A DNA stretch of 6,028 nucleotides from a virus. Where the stretch lies: the IMG/VR virus record IMGVR_UViG_3300045988_005292; one strand, 5' to 3'. Position numbers and translations under genes: made by a program. The notes beneath the pieces were generated by a model that worked only from the letters and a program-made list of their open reading frames with translations, did not search any database and had not been told where the DNA came from. Positions 1 through 4,283 of this stretch are shown here, piece by piece (the stretch's first letter is position 1; the number at the start of each line of letters is the position of its first letter).

Positions 1-79
1 AAAACAAACGAATCGTACCGAATGAGAAACGGTGGAAAACTCAATCTACCAATCTATTACAGAAACAAAATATTTACAG
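1..79. repeat. Terminal direct repeat copy A, identical to 5950..6028. It marks the overlap of a linearised circular genome.
   Basis: Base-by-base comparison shows 1..79 (aaaacaaacgaatcgtaccg...aaaatatttacag) is identical to 5950..6028. The offset is 5949, which is divisible by 3. The Rep reading frame runs straight through the junction. Confidence 0.95.
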
Positions 80-414
80 AAGAAGAACGTGAAAAACTAT
101 TCCTAGATAAAATCGAAAAAGGAATCGTATATGTACTAGGCATCAAAATAGACCTAAAAACGGAAGAATCAAGATATATGGGAGTACTCGTAAGCGAACG
201 AGAACGATGCGAAAGAATATATTACGACAATCCAAAAGATTGGGATGAAAGAAAATATCTCAACAAACTTAAAAAACAACGTCAGTGGACGGAAACTAAA
301 GCAACTATGGTTGCCGAGAAACTAAAGAAAAAAGAGAAGGAAAACGAAAACCGATTCAATAACGACATCGATTTATTCTCCAATCTATATTATAAAAACC
401 ATTCTTACACATAA
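1..414 (+). CDS. VP4: Replication initiation protein (VP4), C-terminal part. It is 5'-partial in this window, and bases 1..79 duplicate 5950..6028.
   Basis: Frame 1 is open from base 1 (KTNESYRMRNGGKLNLPIYYRNKIF...) to TAA at 412-414. It is in frame with the 5323 ORF because the offset 5949 equals 3 x 1983. The track ORF 22..414 is only the part downstream of an internal Met. Confidence 0.9.
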   Translation, partial: KTNESYRMRNGGKLNLPIYYRNKIFTEEEREKLFLDKIEKGIVYVLGIKIDLKTEESRYMGVLVSERERCERIYYDNPKDWDERKYLNKLKKQRQWTETKATMVAEKLKKKEKENENRFNNDIDLFSNLYYKNHSYT

Positions 415-416
415 AC

Positions 417-625
417 TACGCACTCGAGTAGATAAGAGTGTATAACGGGAGGGTGAGGTACGGCTTCAGCCAAAAGGCAGCTACCTTAAAACCGGGATAA
501 GGAGTGACCGGCACCCGACCTACGGTCGTGGTGTGCGGCTCTGCCGATACTAAGGTACTAGACGTTAAGGAGGGCTATGCGCCCTCTATTGCTCCATCAC
601 CGTTCAAACGCCACGGAGGCTTAAA
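417..625 (+). other. GC-rich, highly structured intergenic island. Candidates are a structured RNA (3' end of the rep transcript), a single-strand (complementary-strand) origin or an attachment site. The family is unknown.
   Basis: My hand count gives 111 G+C in 421..620 (55.5%), against 17/100 in 621..720 and 33/100 in 301..400. No ORF of 60 aa or more is listed on either strand. Clear local hairpins: cactc/gagtg (421-425/436-440); ggc-ttca-gcc (462-471); gcac-c-cgacc tac ggtcg-tggt-gtgc (511-536, 9 bp); gagggc tatgc gccctc (570-586, 6 bp, all but one G-C). Several longer-range alternative pairings also exist (see findings). Confidence 0.5.
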
Positions 626-673
626 GATACTATTGTTAATAAAAATTAAATCGGAAAAATAAATATCAGAAAA

Positions 674-705
674 TTTGTAGAAACCAAAAAAAACACGTAT
701 ATTTG
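674..705 (+). promoter_or_regulatory. Bacteroidetes-type promoter: -33 TTTG (674-677) and -7 TAnnTTTG (tatatttg, 698-705).
   Basis: This is the only exact TAnnTTTG I found when scanning every tttg in the window. A TTTG lies 20 nt upstream. The site sits in a 17% GC tract, about 28 nt upstream of the first gene of the co-directional gene string. The predicted transcription start is near 711-713. Confidence 0.55.
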
Positions 706-720
706 TAATGTAATAAAAAA

Positions 721-728
721 AAGGAGGT
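721..728 (+). promoter_or_regulatory. Canonical Shine-Dalgarno sequence AAGGAGGT, 4 nt upstream of ATG 733.
   Basis: The sequence aaaaaaggaggtaaatATG is an 8-nt perfect complement to the anti-SD. No other gene start in the window has anything comparable; they have A-rich leaders only. Confidence 0.6.
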
Positions 729-732
729 AAAT

Positions 733-915
733 ATGTTATCAAAGTATTGTATAATTTTCGAAAACGGTAAATCCGTTAAAAAAATAATGAAAACAACTAA
801 AGCAATATTACTTAACAACTACGAATCAATCACATGGCTAGAAGAAAATGACAAAAGAGTAAAAAAATTAATAAACAACGGATATTGGGTATATTCAATA
901 ATATGTATTAACTAA
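733..915 (+). CDS. Hypothetical small protein (60 aa), first gene downstream of the promoter.
   Basis: ATG preceded by a perfect SD and by the predicted promoter. It is on the same strand and has the same A-rich codon style as the recognisable genes. I see no recognisable motif. Confidence 0.55.
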   Translation: MLSKYCIIFENGKSVKKIMKTTKAILLNNYESITWLEENDKRVKKLINNGYWVYSIICIN

Positions 916-930
916 AAAATCATTTTAATT

Positions 931-1134
931 ATGGCAGCAACAAAATTTTCAGTAATCACAACAGGAGACAATCCTACGTTTCATGTAACGATAAAAGAAA
1001 TACCAACAGAATGTACATACAAAATAGCGGTAACAATTGCAAAGGCAGTCATACCAAAAGACGAGCGTATAATAGCAGTAGTAGAATCATGGAAATTATA
1101 TCCTAACGAAAATGAAAAAACCGAAAAAGATTAG
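931..1134 (+). CDS. Hypothetical small protein (67 aa).
   Basis: It starts 15 nt after the previous stop with an A/T-rich leader. Its end overlaps the next ORF start by 23 nt. No motif is recognisable. Confidence 0.5.
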   Translation: MAATKFSVITTGDNPTFHVTIKEIPTECTYKIAVTIAKAVIPKDERIIAVVESWKLYPNENEKTEKD

Positions 1135-1366
1135 AAAATATGAAGCAGATGGATATATTTTCAATACATTTCAAGAACTAAAAAATTACGTGTACTTCAA
1201 CACGTCAATAAAAATGAAGAAAATATGTTATGAACTAGATGAAGATGTTATTACAAAAAAGTATATCTTCACAAAACAAGAAAGGAGGTTAATATGCGAA
1301 AAAACTTTTGACAAAGATGAGCAAGATGCAAAAATTTGGAAACAAAAACAATTAAAATTATGGTAA
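1112..1366 (+). CDS. Hypothetical small basic protein (84 aa).
   Basis: The ATG at 1112 overlaps the 3' end of the upstream ORF, an arrangement suited to translational coupling. The N-terminus is Lys-rich (MKKPKKIRKY). No motif is recognisable. Confidence 0.5.
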   Translation: MKKPKKIRKYEADGYIFNTFQELKNYVYFNTSIKMKKICYELDEDVITKKYIFTKQERRLICEKTFDKDEQDAKIWKQKQLKLW

Positions 1367-1367
1367 C

Positions 1368-1574
1368 ATGAAAATCACAGGTAATCAATGGGTGGAAATT
1401 ATCCGAGCTATCAGTACAGCAATCATTGCTATAATTACGACCTTATGTGTGCAATCGTGTACAATGAGTATGAGTATAGCGAAGAACAACAACAATGCAA
1501 CGCAGCAGACGGAACAGAAAGCAACGTCAAGCGTTGATAGCACACATGTTAATATTAATCCTAAAAACTATTAA
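1368..1574 (+). CDS. Small membrane protein (68 aa) with one N-terminal hydrophobic helix and a polar low-complexity tail. Candidate lysis or membrane-targeting factor.
   Basis: The ATG is 1 nt after the preceding TAA. The hydrophobic stretch AISTAIIAIITTLCV (about 1407-1451) follows charged residues K2, E10 and R13. A weak lipobox-like VQSC follows the helix. The tail is rich in N, Q, T and S. Confidence 0.55.
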   Translation: MKITGNQWVEIIRAISTAIIAIITTLCVQSCTMSMSIAKNNNNATQQTEQKATSSVDSTHVNINPKNY

Positions 1575-1578
1575 AAAA

Positions 1579-1848
1579 ATGGAAAGAGAATTTAACGACA
1601 TGAGAGATGTATTCAAAGTGTTACCAACAACACAAGAAGAAAAAGAATACATGATTGTAATTGGAAAACATTTGGCAACAACAGAAAAATTTCCAACACG
1701 TGAAGCAGCAGAAGAGAAAATCAATTCTGTAGACTGGAACCTAATTGCGGCAATGATTTATGCCTGCAAAGAAGCGGACGAATACGAAAAAAAATTAAAA
1801 CGCTCCGCAAAAAAAGCTACAAAAGAAGTTGCTAACAACAATAAATAA
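1579..1848 (+). CDS. Hypothetical protein (89 aa from ATG 1579). An alternative upstream in-frame start at 1495 would add a 28-aa Arg-rich extension.
   Basis: The track ORF is 1495..1848. The internal Met at 1579 (MEREFNDMRDV...) lies 4 nt after the stop of the upstream gene, matching the tight non-overlapping packing seen elsewhere. The C-terminus is Lys-rich (KKLKRSAKKATKEVANNNK). Confidence 0.55.
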   Translation: MEREFNDMRDVFKVLPTTQEEKEYMIVIGKHLATTEKFPTREAAEEKINSVDWNLIAAMIYACKEADEYEKKLKRSAKKATKEVANNNK

Positions 1849-1856
1849 AAAAAACC

Positions 1857-3791
1857 ATGGGAATACAAAAAAATATTGGTAAAAATACCATAGGAGACAA
1901 TAATAAAATGTCCGTAAGTCTACATGATTACAACATGTCGACACACGATTTATCAACAATCGTAAGAAATACACAAAGTCCGGGAACACTAGTTCCAAAT
2001 CTATGCCTAGTAGCTCAAAAAGGAGATACATTCGATATCGATATCGATTCAAACGTACTTACACATCCAACAACAGGACCTTTATTCGGTTCATTCAAAC
2101 TAGAACATCACATATATACAGGACCGGTAAGACTATATAATAGTTGGTTACACAATAACCGAACAAAAATAGGGCTGAATATGGAGCAAGTAAAATTGCC
2201 ACAAATGAAAGTGAAAATAAAAACATTGTCAGATAGTCCCTCAAATGAGGAATCACAATGGATACAAATAAATCCAAGTTGTCTACTAGCTTATCTAGGT
2301 ATCAGAGGATACGCTAATACACCCAATAGCGGAGAAGGAGAAGTAAGTAAAAATGCGCTACCTATATTAACGTATTTTGATATATTTAAAAATTACTACG
2401 CAAACACACAGGAAGAAAACTTCTACACAATTGGAACATCTCCAAAACTATCAATAAGCATCAATAATGTAGCAATAAATAATCCAGATGACATTATAGA
2501 AAGCCAAGGGTCAATAAATTCAACGTCAACCATAAAGGTAGTTGCAATAGGAGTAAAAATAAATAATATAAAATTAATAGTAAAACAAAACATATACGGA
2601 AGAACAACCGTAATGACTCCAGAGGAATTAGGGAGCGCAGAGGTAGCAAGCAACATCGTAACCATAAAAACAACAAAGATACCAGCCGGAGGAACATGGT
2701 TTGTAAGAAGCATATACTCAACGCAAAGAACATCTCTGGAAAAATATCCACTAGAAAACCTAGACACAATCAGAGATAAAATATTACTGACACCGGGAGA
2801 TACAATATTTGACATATCAAACGAAAACACGAGCGTTGCACCATTCACAAATTTTGCGAAGAGAAACACACAAGATATTTTAAACACAGCCTTTACACAA
2901 TATGGACTATGCCTAAAAACATACAACAGCGATATATATCAAAATTGGATCAACACCGAATGGATAGAAGGCGTAACCGGAATCAACGAAGCAAGTGCAG
3001 TAGACGTAGCAGACGGCAAACTGTCCATGGACGCACTAAATTTAGCACAAAAAGTATATAATTTCCTAAACAGAATTGCAATAAGCGGAGGTACTTATAG
3101 AGATTGGCTGGAAACAGTATACACAGGCGGAAACTACATGGAAAGATGTGAAACCCCAATGTTTGAAGGAGGTGTAAGCCAGGAAATCGTATTCCAAGAG
3201 GTAATAAGCAACAGCGCAAGCCAAGAAGAACCGCTAGGAACACTAGCAGGAAGAGGCGTTACAACAGGAAGACAAAAAGGCGGACACATTCGAATCAAAG
3301 TAACAGAACCATGCTATATAATGTGTATATGCTCAATCACGCCACGTATCGACTACGGACAGGGCAACACATGGGATACATATCTAAGCACTATGAATGA
3401 TTGGCACAAACCAGCACTTGACGGAATTGGATACCAAGATTCATTAAACGGTGAAAGAGCATGGTGGACGGACCACATTAAAACCAGCGGAGGACCATTA
3501 GTAAAAACAGCAGCCGGAAAAACTGTGGCGTGGATAAATTACATGACAAATGTAAACAGGACATTTGGCAACTTCGCGCCAGGAATGCCAGAAAGCTTCA
3601 TGGTACTTAACCGAAATTATTCAATGAATAACGAAGGTCAAATAGAAGATTTAACAACTTATATTGACCCGGTAAAATTCAATTACATCTTTGCAGACAC
3701 GAACCTAGACGCTATGAATTTTTGGGTACAAACAAAATTTGACATCAAAGTAAGACGTCTAATCAGTGCAAAACAGATTCCTAACCTATAA
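1857..3791 (+). CDS. VP1: Major capsid protein (Microviridae VP1 / F-like), 644 aa.
   Basis: This is the largest ORF. Its blocks correspond to conserved microvirus capsid blocks as I remember them: an N-terminal HDLS...PGTLVP...GDTF block, ALPILTYFDIFKNYYAN, LNLAQKVYNFLNRIAISGGTYRDWLETVY, PMFEGG...FQEV, EPLGTLAGRG and EPCYIMCICSITPR. A possible alternative start is ATG 1908 (MSVSLHDY...). Confidence 0.93.
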   Translation: MGIQKNIGKNTIGDNNKMSVSLHDYNMSTHDLSTIVRNTQSPGTLVPNLCLVAQKGDTFDIDIDSNVLTHPTTGPLFGSFKLEHHIYTGPVRLYNSWLHNNRTKIGLNMEQVKLPQMKVKIKTLSDSPSNEESQWIQINPSCLLAYLGIRGYANTPNSGEGEVSKNALPILTYFDIFKNYYANTQEENFYTIGTSPKLSISINNVAINNPDDIIESQGSINSTSTIKVVAIGVKINNIKLIVKQNIYGRTTVMTPEELGSAEVASNIVTIKTTKIPAGGTWFVRSIYSTQRTSLEKYPLENLDTIRDKILLTPGDTIFDISNENTSVAPFTNFAKRNTQDILNTAFTQYGLCLKTYNSDIYQNWINTEWIEGVTGINEASAVDVADGKLSMDALNLAQKVYNFLNRIAISGGTYRDWLETVYTGGNYMERCETPMFEGGVSQEIVFQEVISNSASQEEPLGTLAGRGVTTGRQKGGHIRIKVTEPCYIMCICSITPRIDYGQGNTWDTYLSTMNDWHKPALDGIGYQDSLNGERAWWTDHIKTSGGPLVKTAAGKTVAWINYMTNVNRTFGNFAPGMPESFMVLNRNYSMNNEGQIEDLTTYIDPVKFNYIFADTNLDAMNFWVQTKFDIKVRRLISAKQIPNL

Positions 3792-3804
3792 AAATTATAA
3801 CATT

Positions 3805-4122
3805 ATGAAATATTCAAAACCAACAAAAAACAACGGAAGACTAGAATCCGTAGAAATTTATGAAGGCGAAAGCATTGAAACAAAATGCGCAAGAGTACTG
3901 GAAAGCGGTGAACCAATCACAGACACCGCACCAATAATCTATACAGCAAAAGAAGATGGAATACTACCAGCATACAATATCCGTACAGACAGATTCGATA
4001 TTGCAATGGACGCATACGATAAAATAACAAGAAATTCGGCAAAAAAGGAAATAGCACCTAAGCCAGAAGATTTCGGGAATGTACCTAATAAAACAAACGG
4101 AGGGTCACCAAGTGAAAACTAA
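3805..4122 (+). CDS. Small protein (105 aa) between the capsid and pilot genes. It is possibly a scaffolding or internal protein, judged by position only.
   Basis: The track ORF starts at 3766 and would overlap the VP1 end. ATG 3805 lies 13 nt after the VP1 stop and gives MKYSKPTKNNGR... It contains an acidic/aromatic segment, IYTAKEDGILPAYNIRTDRFDIAMDAYD. The functional call rests on synteny only, since Gokushovirinae place VP2 and VP3 after VP1. Confidence 0.55.
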   Translation: MKYSKPTKNNGRLESVEIYEGESIETKCARVLESGEPITDTAPIIYTAKEDGILPAYNIRTDRFDIAMDAYDKITRNSAKKEIAPKPEDFGNVPNKTNGGSPSEN

Positions 4123-4126
4123 ACTG

Positions 4127-4146
4127 TTTGAAAAGGTATTTTCAAA
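4127..4146 (+). other. Hairpin 1 of the post-capsid intergenic region: tttgaaaa ggta ttttcaaa.
   Basis: A perfect 8-bp stem (4127-4134 with 4139-4146) and a 4-nt loop, starting 4 nt after the stop at 4122. Confidence 0.6.
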
Positions 4147-4149
4147 GCC

Positions 4150-4222
4150 TTGTAGGTAACAAGCACTTCGGAGTATTGTCCGGTTTAATTACCGGATAAT
4201 ACACGAAAGTACGCACCTACAA
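4150..4222 (+). terminator. Long imperfect hairpin (73 nt, about 28 bp) followed by TTTAATAT. Candidate intrinsic terminator and/or ssDNA origin structure.
   Basis: The outer stem ttgtaggt (4150-4157) pairs with acctacaa (4215-4222), 8 bp. The apical stem gtattgtccggt (4173-4184) pairs with accggataatac (4191-4202), 12 bp including one G-T, with loop ttaatt. The middle segments acttcg and cgaaagt pair with bulges. A T-rich run follows at 4223-4230. Confidence 0.4.
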
Positions 4223-4246
4223 TTTAATATCTAGTAATATGAATAT

Positions 4247-4266
4247 CGCTTTGAAACATCAAAGCG
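4247..4266 (+). other. Hairpin 3: cgctttga aaca tcaaagcg.
   Basis: A perfect 8-bp stem (4247-4254 with 4259-4266) and a 4-nt loop, 17 nt upstream of the VP2 start. No T-tract follows it. Confidence 0.6.
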
Positions 4267-4283
4267 CGAAAATGTAAATAATT

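Noticed and set aside
1-79. The terminal repeats as LTRs, ITRs or att sites of a mobile element or prophage.
   Set aside because: The repeats are direct, perfectly identical, lie exactly at the two window ends and fall inside the rep coding frame, which they restore when overlapped. This is the signature of a circular contig overlap. It is not proof, because no flanking host sequence is available to test for integration.
22-414. Track ORF 22..414 as an independent 130-aa gene.
   Set aside because: The frame is open from base 1 and is continuous, through the 79-nt terminal overlap, with the open-ended ORF starting at 5323. It is the C-terminal part of the Rep protein, not a separate gene.
467-480. 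cagccaaaaggcag resembles the CAGCCAAGGCAG segment of bacterial 4.5S/SRP RNA. Also, ccgggataaggagtg loosely resembles part of a twister ribozyme, and gtgaccggca loosely resembles part of the ZTP motif.
   Set aside because: These are short matches only. The defining elements are absent: the GNRA-capped helix 8 with symmetric loop for SRP, the twister pseudoknot partners and cleavage-site context, and the ZTP CCGCCUGGGC pseudoknot strand. I also found no hammerhead CUGAUGA core on either strand of the island.
598-614. tRNA-like T-loop (ccgttcaaacg resembles GTTCAAA).
   Set aside because: The flanking bases do not form a 5-bp T-stem with a 7-nt loop: c601-g610 and g602-c609 pair, then there is a mismatch. 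I found no acceptor, D or anticodon arms nearby.
546-632. 7-nt direct repeat gatacta at 546-552 and 626-632 as a target-site duplication flanking an inserted element.
   Set aside because: It is too short to be significant. It does not bracket the whole GC island, and there are no terminal inverted repeats at the island edges.
626-655. AT-rich segment gatactattgttaataaaaattaaat as a phiX174-like plus-strand origin (CAACTTGATATTAATAAC) or a dif-like Xer site.
   Set aside because: Similarity is limited to ttaataa within a 17% GC tract. There is no convincing pair of 11-nt arms around a 6-8 nt spacer and no conserved nick-site context. I cannot distinguish it from background AT-richness.
1111-1134. 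An A-run (atgaaaaaaccgaaaaag) in the 23-nt overlap of ORFs 931..1134 and 1112..1366 as a programmed frameshift site.
   Set aside because: Fusing the frames would need a +1 shift, and there is no recognisable stimulatory context. The downstream ORF has its own ATG in the overlap, so simple translational coupling is the more economical explanation.
1281-1296. A second aaaggaggttaatATG, which matches 15 of 16 bases of the SD-ATG at 720..735.
   Set aside because: It lies inside ORF 1112..1366 in another frame, and the ATG opens only a 5-codon mini-ORF (MRKNF stop). One near-match of 16 nt in an A/G-rich 6-kb sequence is not clearly beyond chance.
2423-2926. Minus-strand ORFs at 2423..2926, 2494..2769, 2983..3243, 2095..2277, 1795..2052 and 1527..1724.
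   Set aside because: They lie antisense to the well-supported capsid and small + strand genes. Their Leu/Phe/Ser/Cys-rich low-complexity products are what you get by translating the complement of an A-rich coding strand. Minus-strand stops require TTA, CTA or TCA on the T-poor + strand.
3766-3804. Upstream start at 3766 for the small post-capsid ORF, overlapping the VP1 end.
   Set aside because: ATG 3805 lies just after the VP1 stop, matching the spacing pattern of the other genes. The extra 13 residues (MQNRFLTYKNYNI) would be read from the VP1 C-terminal coding sequence. This remains possible but is less likely.
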